A stretch of 63,025 nucleotides of DNA, the filler included, from Octopus bimaculoides (Eukaryota): assembly GCF_001194135.2 (NCBI RefSeq). It is 4 parts of 4 records of this genome, joined end to end, with 100 filler letters (N's around TTAATTAATTAA, not from the genome) between each part and the next. Parts side by side here need not be neighbours in the genome. Positions count along the whole stretch, not along the records: positions 1 to 23,770 come from NC_068989.1; positions 23,871 to 53,022 come from NC_068983.1; 2 more parts are not named here. One strand, 5' to 3'. Under the pieces are notes generated by a model. That model did not search any database. It worked only from the letters and a program-made list of their open reading frames with translations, and was not told the origin of the DNA. This document shows, in pieces, positions 12,591-24,187 of this stretch (its first letter is position 1; the number at the start of each line of letters is the position of its first letter). The position numbers were made by a program, and so were the translations under genes.

Positions 12591-12885
12591 TTTCCATGCT
12601 AGCAAATCGTCCAACCTATGCTAGCATGGAAAGCGGACGTTAAACGATGATGATGATGATGATGATGCATCATCATCATCATTGTTTTTATGCTATATGC
12701 TCTTATATGTATATATATAAAAAAAGGTGTGGGTAGAGAACAATAGTGTAATAAAACTGTAGAAAGATAAGAAATAGAGAGTTGAAGTGAAATTGGGGGA
12801 GAGAGAAAAAGATGCACAATGACAGAAATGGACATTAGAGATACATAGGAGGATATTATTATTAGTAAACTAGTTAAGGCAGTAA

Positions 12886-13085
12886 GCTGGCAGAATTGTT
12901 AGCATGCTGGATAAAATGGTAAATGGCATTTTTATGGGCTCAACTCAAATCCAGTTGAGATCAACTTTGCTTTCACCCTTTAGATATTAACAGAATATAA
13001 CACCCGTCAATTACTGGCATCAATGTAATTGAGTAACTCCTTCTCCTAAAACTGCAGGCCATGCACCAAAATTGGAAACCATTAT
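12886..13085 (+). mobile_element. SINE family A, CpG-decayed
   Basis: aggcagtaagctggcagaattgttagcatgctgg...tcaactttgctttc...ccatgcaccaaaattggaaacc. Confidence 0.75.
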
Positions 13086-13152
13086 GAGTTAACTAATTAA
13101 GTGATTAACTAGTCTATAGCTTGATTAATCATTCAATTAATTAGTGTAGATG

Positions 13153-13200
<48 letters not shown>

Positions 13201-13222
13201 GTTAAGTATATATGTCCAGTCA

Positions 13223-13286
13223 TAGAGTGACCAATGGTTTCGCATCCATAAAGGGCTTAACTCCATGGACAACTCGTCAAACTCTA
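13223..13286 (-). ncRNA. Minimal type-I hammerhead ribozyme of a Penelope terminal repeat (C3U variant)
   Basis: Minus strand UAGAGU-UUGACGA-[stem II]-GAAA-CCAUUGG-UC-ACUCUA: 6-bp stem I, stem III ACC/GGU, GUC cleavage triplet; lies downstream of a PLE GIY-YIG fragment. Confidence 0.75.
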
Positions 13287-13539
13287 AAGCTGATAGCATA
13301 TAATTCTTCAACTCTGGGAAGTAGGAATCTGTTACAGTTAATTAATCAATAAACAAAGAATAAATAATCCAGGTCGGCAAGGACGGGTTATCACTCTTAG
13401 ACCAGTTCACATGGGTCAAAAGAGGGGGAATGAGGAATTTTGCCTTTAGGCTGTTTTTAGTTTGTAATGACCCATTCGCATGTAATTGATGAATGGAGAA
13501 TCCAATGCTTGCAGCAGGTAGTGTTTGAAATGGATGCAG

Positions 13540-13790
13540 GAGCTGTAAATTTCTTGGGTTCAGTAACCCTGGTTTCAAGGAGTCTTTGAGGATCCTTGCC
13601 TGCTCAGCTATGCAAAGCTTGCAGTGTCCACTCCTATTAATATAGGATCCCAGCCACTGTGTGATCCTCCACTTGATATATAGGGTCCTTTTACCTTTGA
13701 GGTGCCAGACATAGCTTGCCAGGGATGTGGCAAATCGTCTTTCCAGAATCCTGAAAGAGGACCTGTGGTTGTACAGGTGCTGCTGTATAT
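13540..13790 (-). mobile_element. Penelope-like element, GIY-YIG endonuclease C-terminal fragment
   Basis: TSLASYVWHLKGK..LYIKWRIT..SYINRSGHCKLCIAEQARIL parallels the 16748-17329 endonuclease. Confidence 0.75.
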
Positions 13791-13805
13791 ATATTTATAT
13801 AGATA

Positions 13806-13846
13806 CCTCTGATGAGAATCCAATAAGATTCAAAAATTGATTTAGG
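13806..13846 (+). ncRNA. Decayed minimal hammerhead ribozyme
   Basis: CCU-CUGAUGA-GAAUC caauaa GAUUC-AAAA-AUUGAUUU-AGG; G12>A and stem III changes fit CpG decay. Confidence 0.55.
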
Positions 13847-14184
13847 CGGTTCATCAATTTTTCAATCTAGAAGAAACAACTAAATTAGCCCTAGTTATAG
13901 AGGTACTATACAGGTTACATATATACACACTTTGATATCAGATGTGTGACACATTGTGCACCTGTACAGGTAATGTTGATTTGATGGAGAACACAAGCTA
14001 ATGTATAGCTCCAACATTTGATCACTATAAATGAATTACTTCTGTAGCTTGTGGAACCTTCATTCATTGTTTATAACAGGAGAGTCTAACATATATACAT
14101 AAATACATATATACATATATGTAGATATACATTTATACATATGTATATATACATATACATTTAGTCCACTCTGCTGGGTGGTTG

Positions 14185-14325
14185 GTGCTAGGAAGGGCAT
14201 CCAGCCATAAAAACCATGCCAAAACAGATACAGAAGTCTGGTGCAGGCTCCTGCCTAACCAGCTCCTGTCAAGCCATCCAACTCTTGCCAGCATGGAAGG
14301 CAGACATTAAATGATGATGATGATT
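14185..14325 (+). mobile_element. CAT-tailed SINE (family B-related short variant)
   Basis: ggttggtgctaggaagggcatccagcc...gcatggaaggcagacattaaatgatgatgatg. Confidence 0.7.
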
Positions 14326-14344
14326 TATGTATATGTATATAATA

Positions 14345-14560
14345 TTCTTTTCTACTCTTGAGTACAAGGCCCAACATTTTTGGGGAGGGGGGCAGTCAAT
14401 TAGTTCAACCCCATTAAACAACTAGTATTTAATTTATCAACCCCAAAAGGGTGAAAGGCAAAGTCGACCTTGGTGGAATTTGAACTCAGAATGTAAAGAC
14501 AGATGAAATACCATTAAGCATTTCGCCCGGCGTGCTAACGTTTCTGCCAGCTAGCCACCA
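14345..14560 (-). mobile_element. SINE family A
   Basis: Full-length reverse-complement match to the 33135-33345 copy. Confidence 0.85.
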
Positions 14561-14734
14561 CAGAGTTGATTTAATGGGATTCCAATGCAGGTGTGATTGA
14601 CTGATTCTGCAATATCAGGAATAAATCAGCTTGCAGGTTCATACAGTTTGACATTGGGGACTTCTACCCTTTAATATCAAAACCTCTTCTCCTGAAGCCC
14701 CTGGATTTCACTTAGCAATTCACTGGCTTAAGTA

Positions 14735-15320
14735 ACCTTGATGTCAAAATCATCATGAATGCCAGTAAGTCAATCCTGGTTCACAATGATTCCTTCGGGG
14801 TGGTGAAAGAAGACAATTCACTGTTCAATATTTCTATGGGGAGTGACAATGGAACTGATATCACTGACCGTGTCAGATTATTTATCTTGGATACCCTCAA
14901 GAAATGTACACACCTACTCAAGTTTTCTCTTTACTGGCACAATGACCTGGCAATCTCAAGGCTATATGAATGGTCATACAATGGACAAGTTTAGGAAGGA
15001 CCTGATAAAAATATTTAAGGAATTCAATCTGTCCATAATAGTTACCATCAACTTGACCACAGTTGACTTCTTAGATGTGACCCGAGACCTGAAATTGAGC
15101 AAGCACTATTCATACAGGAAGCCCATTGAGGAAATGGTGTACATTCACAAAAGGTTGAATCACTCCCCACCTACCCTACTGTAATTAGATTTGGGCGTTA
15201 GTAGAATATCTAAATTTTCAGCCAATAGGGAAATCTTCAACTGGGTCAACTGTCACTACAATGATGCATTGTTGAGGAGTGGATTTTCTGTGAAGTTACC
15301 ATATATGGAGGAACCTCAAC
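14735..15320 (+). mobile_element. Penelope-like element, RT fragment
   Basis: IIMNASKSIL...FNISMGSD.GTDITD...MDKFRKDLIKIFKEF...VDFLDVT...YSYRKP...YIHKRLNH...YNDALLRSGF, homologous to the 17715-18480 RT. Confidence 0.85.
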
Positions 15321-15683
15321 TTCTATCCCTGAACCTGAAGAAGACCAACTATATATATGTATACATATATATACATATCTATCTATCTGTCTGTCTGTCT
15401 GTACAGTAGCAGAGATACCTGGCGTTCCTCGAGATTAAAATGGCATAGTGTTTTATTGTTTTACTTGTTTCAGTCAAGTGACTGTGGCCATACTAGAGCA
15501 CCACCTTTAGTCCAAGAAAGCAACCACAGAATTTATTCTTTGTAAGCCTAGTACTTATTCTATTGGTGTGTTTTGCCAAACAGCTAAGTTACGGGGACAT
15601 AAACACAGCAACATTGGTTGTCAAGCGATGGTGGGGGTACAAATACACACACACACATACATCCATATGTATATATATATACA

Positions 15684-15729
<46 letters not shown>

Positions 15730-16759
15730 NNNNNNNNNNNNNNNNNNNNNNNNNNNNNNNNNNNNNNNNNNNNNNNNNNNNNNNNNNNNNNNNNNNNNNN
15801 NNNNNNNNNNNNNNNNNNNNNNNNNNNNNNNNNNNNNNNNNNNNNNNNNNNNNNNNNNNNNNNNNNNNNNNNNNNNNNNNNNNNNNNNNNNNNNNNNNNN
15901 NNNNNNNNNNNNNNNNNNNNNNNNNNNNNNNNNNNNNNNNNNNNNNNNNNNNNNNNNNNNNNNNNNNNNNNNNNNNNNNNNNNNNNNNNNNNNNNNNNNN
16001 NNNNNNNNNNNNNNNNNNNNNNNNNNNNNNNNNNNNNNNNNNNNNNNNNNNNNNNNNNNNNNNNNNNNNNNNNNNNNNNNNNNNNNNNNNNNNNNNNNNN
16101 NNNNNNNNNNNNNNNNNNNNNNNNNNNNNNNNNNNNNNNNNNNNNNNNNNNNNNNNNNNNNNNNNNNNNNNNNNNNNNNNNNNNNNNNNNNNNNNNNNNN
16201 NNNNNNNNNNNNNNNNNNNNNNNNNNNNNNNNNNNNNNNNNNNNNNNNNNNNNNNNNNNNNNNNNNNNNNNNNNNNNNNNNNNNNNNNNNNNNNNNNNNN
16301 NNNNNNNNNNNNNNNNNNNNNNNNNNNNNNNNNNNNNNNNNNNNNNNNNNNNNNNNNNNNNNNNNNNNNNNNNNNTATAAATGGAACAAAAATGCAATAG
16401 AGGGCATTACAACGTTCGGACAGATAGATGATACAAAGGCAGACAAGAAAAACAACAATTAGAAGGACAGGCAAAAAAAGACAGGTCATTCTTGGCTTTC
16501 TTTCAGCTGTCAAGTCCCAGAAGTCACGACCGTTTTGGGCAGTTATGCTTGAGATGGTTTGATCTGGTTGCCCCCAAAAAAGTCTAAGCTAAGAGCATTA
16601 GACCCCTTTGTAAGAAAGCTAGCAAATGTGTACAGCAACAAAGACAAAAACAAACAAATAAACAAACAAAAAAATGGAGAACATGGTACACAATAACGAA
16701 TACAAATAAAAAGAAATAACAATAGGTGTCTTTCGACTGAGAATGAATCAAATTGAGTT

Positions 16760-18575
16760 GGTATGTTTGAAGTAAAAGGCTAAAGGCAGGAACATGGGAG
16801 ATGGACACAAGAGGTGTTGATGGTTGGTAGTCAGGCCAAGACCACACCTTCCACTGCTGCTGGTGTAAGGTTTACACTTGGCTAAGATCTTCCAATGGAT
16901 GTTGTAACTGACACCTTTATCTTTTAAAGACCATATATGACTGGATAATTTGGTCGTTTTTCTTTTGTCCCACTGTCTGAAACTCAAAGTGTGATTATTG
17001 AATCTTGCCTTGAAATTACCCTCCGTGAGGTCCACGTATTTCTTCATGGAAACTGTGTCCTTAGTGGATACAGAGTCCACGGTGGCCTCATAAACGATGG
17101 TTTCGGACATGCAAGCTCCATTTAGCAGGCACAAATTTTTATCCCTGCATGAACAGCTGGTTTCATTTTGTTGTTTTTGTGTGTTGTGTGCGATTATATT
17201 TTTAAAATTAGTAGTTGAGCTAAAACTGATTTTTAAGTTATGTCTATTGAAGAGCTTTCTGTAACTATGATTGACTGGAAAATGTCTATCTATAAGTGAT
17301 AAGAAATATTTACCTATATTAAAGATCACTTTGGGGAAGTTAGGGTGTGTGAACCAGATAGTTTCCCTATTCTTATGTTTCCTTTTCTTTATGATTGAAC
17401 TGGTAACAAGTGTATAGGTTATTTCCTTGCTAAATCCACTATCTTTTAGAGCATTATTATATACTGGGGCAACACTATTAAAAATGTCCCTATTGGAGGA
17501 GNNNNNNNNNNTACTGGGGCAACACTATTAAAAATGTCCCTATTGGAGGAGAGGCTAGAAATTCTTTTGCTAATGTTTTTAACTAAATTTTTAAACACTA
17601 TGGCAGGATGACAGGAACCTACATTAATATAACTAAGTCTAACATTGGGCTTCCTATAAGGTTTGTAAATATTCTTATTTTAATCTAAGGATACATCTAG
17701 GAAATTGGCAACCGTCAGGTTGGTATCTGACCAAACGTTTTCATCATTTCGATAATATCCTTCCTAAACCGATCTTGTGCTGGTCCATTGGTATTTGTGG
17801 TTAAAGCTAGAGCATCATCTTTGTAAATGGTGAAATATACTTCAGGAAAAGTCTTGCCCAACATATCGAGTAGGAATAATCCAATAAGATCGCATATGCC
17901 TGCTCCATCATATGACCCCATGCTCACATCGAAAGCACCCTCTGTATCAGTAGTCTTGACCCACTCTGCATTCTCGTTGAGGAGTAAAGTCTTTCTAGCA
18001 TGGAAGATTATGTCTTTATCCTGTGTGCTGATTTCTATGAATCTGCTTGCGAAGGTAAGGGCTTTATCTAGCAGTACTTTAGAGATAGAAGCATAAAAAT
18101 CGACAATATCGAACTGCGTGAATCTCGCATTATTCTTATTCTTAATAGCTTTAAACCAGTCGACAACTTCTATACTATTGGACCATTGTACTAACCTAGT
18201 GGTATTCCTGACTTCCGCATTGATTTTCCCTAAAATTTCTTTACTAATAATGCCAAGTTCTGATTTAGCTGGGTTAATAAGCCTACACTTAGGATTAGAC
18301 AGGTAGTTCTTTTTATGGTCTTTGATAGTTATAAAGGCCTTTTTTTGGGGAGGACCTCTATTTTTTTTTATCTAATTTGAGTCTGGCAGCAATATTGCTA
18401 GCTTCTTTATTAATATCATTATAGGTTTGTGGTCTAGCCTTGGTGTAATTGTTGATGATGCTGTTATGTAGGAGTTGTGAATATGTGCTGTTCTCTACTA
18501 AGTAAAAGTTCTTGGTTTTAAGTCAGGAATGCCACTAGGTTAGTACAATGGTCCAATAGTATAGAAGGACTTTTC
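16760..18575 (-). mobile_element. Penelope-like element: RT plus GIY-YIG endonuclease, frameshifted
   Basis: FITIKDHK..NPKCRLINPAKSELG, FDIVDFYASIS, MGSYDGAGICDLIGLFLL, YKDDAL; then CSCR..C.LNGAC...KYVDLTEGNFKARFNNH...TKLSSHIWSLK. Confidence 0.92.
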
Positions 18576-18582
18576 TTTTACC

Positions 18583-19560
18583 TTGCACAGTAGTACTGTT
18601 TTTTCTAAGGTCGATCTCATCTGGGCGTATCACCAGATTCCTTTAAATCCAGATGATATGCCAAAAATTGCTGTTACTACTCATTTTGGTTCATTTGAAT
18701 TCCTTTCAACACCTTTTGGGTTGCGGAACACAGCTAGCACCTTTCAAAGGTTTATAGACAAGGTCATTTGCAGTCTCAACTTTATCTATGCTTACATTGA
18801 TGAGTTACTCATTGCCAGTTCTACAAAGGAAGAGCATGTTCATCACATAATGCTTCTTTTTCAGTGTCTACACGGTTATCAAGTTAAAATGAACTTGGCG
18901 AAGTGTGTTTGGTTCTGCATCACTGGAATTTTCACTGACCACAAACCACTAATGATCACTCTCTTTGCCAAAATGGACAGGTACTCACCCAGAAAAAGAA
19001 GGCATTTAGACTACATATCACAGTCCACTAGTGACATTTGCCACATCGCTGGCACTGACAACATCACTGCCGATGCCTTATCTCGCCTGCCTATCAGTGC
19101 ATTGTCGTCTCCTGTTTTGATTGATTTGGTTGCTATGGCTACTGACCAACCTTTCTTGGACTCTCTGGACGTCTCTTCACCACAGTTTTCTCGCTGCAAG
19201 TTTGAACACCTGCCTCTGCTTTTTTCTGAAGGAACTATTCTCTGTGATGTTTCTACTGGGTCACCACAACCCCTCGTTCCTGAAAATCACCGTCATGCTG
19301 TTTTTGAAGCACTGCTTTCACTGTCACACCCTGGCATTTCAGAAACAGTAAAGCTTATCTCAGCCCACTTTTTCTGGTCGAATATGCATCGGTCTGTTAC
19401 TGCTTGGTCACGTGCCTGTTTACCATGTCAGTGTTCCAAGGTGCATCGTCATATGAGAGCACCTCTTGGACACTTCCAGCCACTGGACACCAGGTTTCAT
19501 CACATACACATTGACCTGGTTGGTCCTTGGCTGGTCAGTTGCAGATTTACTTATATACTG
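18583..19560 (+). mobile_element. Ty3/Gypsy pol remnant (RT - partial RNase H - integrase N-terminus)
   Basis: FSKVDL..AYHQIP, PFGLRN..STFQRF, YIDE (YxDD-like), FTDHKPL, ADALSR, HPG...C..CQ (HHCC), HIDLVGP. Confidence 0.92.
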
Positions 19561-19789
19561 AACTCTGCTTTAAAGACTGGAACTTTTCCTTGCCTGCACA
19601 TTGTATTGCATTTCAGTTGTCTGTTTTTCTTCACTTTTTTTTACATATCACTTCCTTTTTCAGGACCTTACCTATTTATGTACATACTTTTGAATATTGT
19701 GTATATATACGTTAACTTGTTTCAATGTTCATACACATATGCACCACATTCTAGGATTTTAGTTGCTTTCTCATTGCTCCTGCATGCTA

Positions 19790-19925
19790 GCAACTCCAGC
19801 CTCTGCAAGCAACCCACCACTCTTGCAGGCTTACAACACTAGCCTCTGCAAGTGACCTACCACTCTTGCAGACTAACAACACTTTTTTTCCCACTACAAG
19901 TGACTTACTGCCCTTGCAGGCAAAG
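19790..19925 (+). repeat. Three imperfect ~45-bp tandem units in the Gypsy 3' region
   Basis: gcctctgcaag..ccaccactcttgcagg recurs. Confidence 0.6.
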
Positions 19926-20352
19926 TCTTGACACTGCTCATGTCTCAGCAGCCAACATTGCATCTCAAGCACTTTGACTTTTGTATCCTGTGATTTCCAG
20001 TTTCCCGGACAGTTGTTATCACATGTGCATGTCAGACATTCTGTGTCTCAGACTATTTACATTTCTTAACTTTGCCTCGCCAGTGACTGTTCTGGAGAAT
20101 AGACTTATGTTGTTATAGACACTGCATTCACATTTTCTCTCTTTCTGTATCATTGTACATATATCCTTTGTGCCATTTGATTGGACACCTTTCTTTGTTG
20201 AATGTTTTCCTTGTACATACTTGCATTGTATTTTTTTTTTCAATTGTTCATACAACTGTTTTGCCATGGTTTGTTCTTCTGTACCCTTTTAGTGCACATC
20301 TACTCCGCCTACACTACTCTTAATCTGCTTCCAGTCTAAGTGGGGGAGCCTC

Positions 20353-20698
20353 TGTAGGTACAGTTACCCCGCTTGACAGCAGGTTTAAAAGAAGCTTGCT
20401 AGATGGTGTAAGAGTGTGAGACTCAAGGCTTTAGGACACAAGGCTTTAGGACTTACTCTTTCTGCATCAGGACACAAGATTGTGAAGATGTAACCTTAAT
20501 TGGCTCTTTCTCACACCACACGCCAGTAGCAGCTAACGCACAGGAGAAGACTATGCCTCCATGCATGAAACCATTTTCATTTATCATTCAGCTTGTGTAT
20601 ATAAGTGTGGCAACATATAAAGTCACAGCCTTGTTTTATGTATTCCTTGTACCAGGTTTCCTGTCAAATGATATTACAGCCTTCTGAATAGAGTTACA
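20353..20698 (+). mobile_element. Putative 3' LTR of the Gypsy element
   Basis: Preceded by PPT-like agtgggggag; starts TGTA and ends TACA; partner LTR absent from the window. Confidence 0.55.
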
Positions 20699-20789
20699 TT
20701 AGATGGCTCCACAACCTATCCATCTATAAATGCTACATTGTTGAAAAGATCCTATATGCTATAGATCTTTCCTGCAATCAGACCTGGAC

Positions 20790-21000
20790 ACAATGCAGCA
20801 ATGGATTACCAATTGACAATTCAAGCCAGCTGTGGACAAGTGCACTATCATTCATTTTGGAAGGCAAAACCCAACTTTAACATACTTTTCCAACAACACC
20901 AATCTTAAGAAATGTTAGTAAATATGAACTGGGTAATATTATCAACAACGACGATTTGCATTGGACAACCACACATGCTGGTAGCACCAAAACAGAGAGC
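20790..21000 (+). mobile_element. CR1-group LINE RT fragment
   Basis: QQWITN.QFKPAVDKCTIIHFGRQNP...ELGNII..DLHW. Confidence 0.6.
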
Positions 21001-21544
21001 TCTGTATATATTGTAAAGTTGTTGACATTGAGAAGTGCATCCAGCTGTGGAAACACTTCCAAAGTCAACAGCAGAGCATGATGCAGTCCTTGGACCTGTT
21101 GATATCCTGTCAAACCATCAAACCTATGCTAGAAGGGAACAATATATACATACATGTGTGTGTGTGTGTGTGTATGTACATATATTTATACACAGACTTC
21201 AGAATTTAAAATGAAGAACTTGATAAATAAAGGAAGGGAGGTAAAAAAAAAAAAAGTATAAACTGAAAGCAAATTTTAAATTGAGAGAAAAAAAATCATT
21301 ACTGCCTGGTATTTTTTATTTTCTGCTAATTTTTAATATATTTTAGATTTTATCATAAAAATTATTTTGGAATAGATTTTAAAATATTGTCAAAAATTTA
21401 TTACTCGCACTACATTTCACTTTTTTCCATGTTATTATCTTCTTGTAATTGTTTATTTTAAGTAAATTTTCAAAATCATGTTATGAATTTTTTTACATTT
21501 CTTTCCGTCTTAAATGTGAAAACCGAAATTTCTTTTTTCATCAG

Positions 21545-21663
21545 TGCCTTCCAGCTTTTGTGTATCCAGTTTACGAATATTCACGAAAACAGACGAACTT
21601 CTGGAGCCATGTTATAACATTTCTCCATTGTCGAAATTCCACATGGACGAAAGCAGAATACAG
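21545..21663 (+). CDS. Candidate exon of an unidentified host gene
   Basis: Polypyrimidine tract plus AG (tttcttttttcatcag), donor CAG|GTAAAG, two open frames (…KFHMDESRIQ or CLPAFVYP…KAEY), local CpG retention, no TE similarity noticed. Confidence 0.4.
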
Positions 21664-23696
21664 GTAAAGATATTTACTTAATTCTTTTTATCAGTCGCTA
21701 ATTATTTTCTCTAATCTAAATTGATAAACATTACTTCTATGATGTAAGTTTTATGTGACGTTTGGAACTAATTAAATGGAACAATCAAGTAGTTTCGTGT
21801 AGGCATGTTTTCGTTTTATGATTGTGTGTATGGCAGATAAAGATGAAAACATTTTATTGTAACTGATTTCATAGCTTCTTTCTTTGTTGGGTGACTTGTA
21901 AGAATTATCTTGGACCTGCTTTGCTATATCTGTCCAGGATCAATACAGTTATCTTAATAAAGACGAACAAACGAAGGAGCCTTTACGCAGCCATTTAACA
22001 TACTGGAAATAGCAACTAAATCTCTTTTAAATTATACCTTTATGTCGGTATGGTGCTATTTAAGGAAGATTCAGTTACTATTTCCAGTATGTTAAGGATA
22101 CCCTGAGTAATGTAGTACCAGACATGTCCTTAAAAGGCGTACTGGTCATGGCTGGAGTGCCTTTATATATTGATATTTGTAAACAAGGCTGATCTCAAAC
22201 TAAACAGACTGTTCATCTGCTAGAAACGGCAGGCAGCCAGAACTCTCTCAAGCCACACCCTACAATTCTAAAAGAAAGAAAGGACATTTTAGATAATGGG
22301 GTCCTATATTAAACGATCTTTGAATATAACTTGCAACTTTCACTTTCTCAAACTTTAGCTGGTATCAGTTGGAAAATTCCCTTAAGAGAGAGAGTTTAAT
22401 CATGGTTGGGGGGTTAAATATGCAACAAACAGTAAAATACAAGAGATTAATTCTAGTGATTACCCCCCCCCCCTCCATAGTCTTGTACAAAATTAGACTG
22501 GTACGTAAGGATCAAAGCAAAACAATAACAATTGATAGTTGACTCGGTTTTGGTTCTCGGTTGTAGTCATATGAATTTCATTTTGTATAGGTATAAACGT
22601 CTCAGTTTTGGGAACATAATTAAGTGATGATTATGTAAATAGTTTCTGGAAATAGTTTTCCAGAATATTATGTGTATGTGTGTGTGTGCTTGTGCATATA
22701 TATATGTAGTCTGTTGTAGTATTTCAGTTGATCAAAATGTAAACTCTATAATGTTCATATTGCTCTGAAGATCTTACACCCAGACTACTCAAAATGCAAA
22801 CTTTTATTATTATATATGTTTTGTAATTTAAACTGAGTGCGACGTGAAACAATTGTAGGCAAGGTTAAATAATTAATAAATTAATCTATATTCATTGGAT
22901 CTCTCCATTTTCAAACCTATTAATATATATTTATATTTATATATGGTGGAAGTCAACTGGTGACTGAGTAAGACCATGTATATGTTCCAAGAGCCCAAAG
23001 TCTAAGAAGTTACTGTGCATTAATTCATTTTGGGTTGATAAAGTGTGGCACAGAACGAAATCCACTTTTCAAAGTAGTCAGCTATAACAACATGGCACAT
23101 CAGAAGTTGAGACCATGAGAAACCGACTAGAATGAATTTCAAATGAGAACTGCAGATTCTTCACTCCCATGTTAGTTAACCCATAGCTGGGACCCTAACA
23201 GGTGCTACTACCCTGAGTCTGAGTAGACTAGGGACAATAGTAGTCAACAGGTTATTCCACACTCCTCAAAACCCCAGAACTCTCATACCAGAAACTGCAT
23301 CTGACGTGCGTGTGTATATGTATGTGTATACACACACACACACACTTAGCCATAAGAAATACAAAACAAAAATATGAAGATGAAAACTGGGAGGAGGAGT
23401 TTGCATTCAGCATTAAATATATGTGAATACATATTTTGTAATGGGATGAAGTGAATCTTATATATCGATTAATGAATTTTACTGCTTGAATATTTTTCCT
23501 TCAAGTAATCTACATAAGTCACTTGTATGCTGGAGCTGTTGACCATGATCTACATGATCCCTATAAACTGATATATATATATATATATATATATGTGAAT
23601 GTGTGAATATATATGTGTACATATATATTTATGTACACATATGTATATATACATGTGTGTGTGTGTGTATATATATATATGTATATATATATATGT

Positions 23697-23770
23697 CATC
23701 ATCATCATCATCATCGTTTAACGTCCGCTTTCCATGCTAGCATGGGTTGGACGATTTGACTGAGGACTGG
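23697..23770 (-). mobile_element. SINE family B, 3' end
   Basis: (cat)n cgtttaacgtccgctttccatgctagcatgggttgg. Confidence 0.9.
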
Positions 23771-23814
23771 NNNNNNNNNNNNNNNNNNNNNNNNNNNNNN
23801 NNNNNNNNNNNNNN

Positions 23815-23826
23815 TTAATTAATTAA
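23815..23826. other. Assembly gap marker TTAATTAATTAA (also 53067-53078, 56376-56387)
   Basis: Identical 12-mer centred in three 100-bp N blocks; gives stops in all frames. Confidence 0.9.
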
Positions 23827-23870
23827 NNNNNNNNNNNNNNNNNNNNNNNNNNNNNNNNNNNNNNNNNNNN

Positions 23871-24187
23871 TTGAGCGTGGCCGTTGCCAGTACCCCCTGA
23901 CTGGCTCCTGTAGGATTTTCGAGCGAGATCGTTGCCAGTGCCCCTGGACTGGCTTGTGCGGGTGGCACATAAAAGACACCATTTCGAGCGTGGCCGTTTT
24001 CGTGCGGGTGACACGTAAAAGCACCCACTACACTCTCTGAGTGGTTGGCGTTAGGAAGGGCATCCAGCTGTAGAAACTCTGCCAAATCAGACTGGAGCCT
24101 GGTGTTGCCATCCGGTTTCACCAGTCCTCAGTCAAATCGTCCAACCCATGCTAGCATGGAAAGCGGACGTTAAACGATGATGATGAT
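23871..24187 (+). mobile_element. SINE family B, young copy
   Basis: Hairpin modules plus tail catgctagcatggaaagcggacgttaaacgatgatgatg. Confidence 0.9.

Noticed and set aside
17463-17550. ~38-bp direct repeat around a 10-N gap (similarly 51583-52011)
   Set aside because: Identical contig-end overlap; assembly artefact
23815-23826. Recurrent TTAATTAATTAA palindrome
   Set aside because: Artificial gap marker, always centred in 100-bp N blocks
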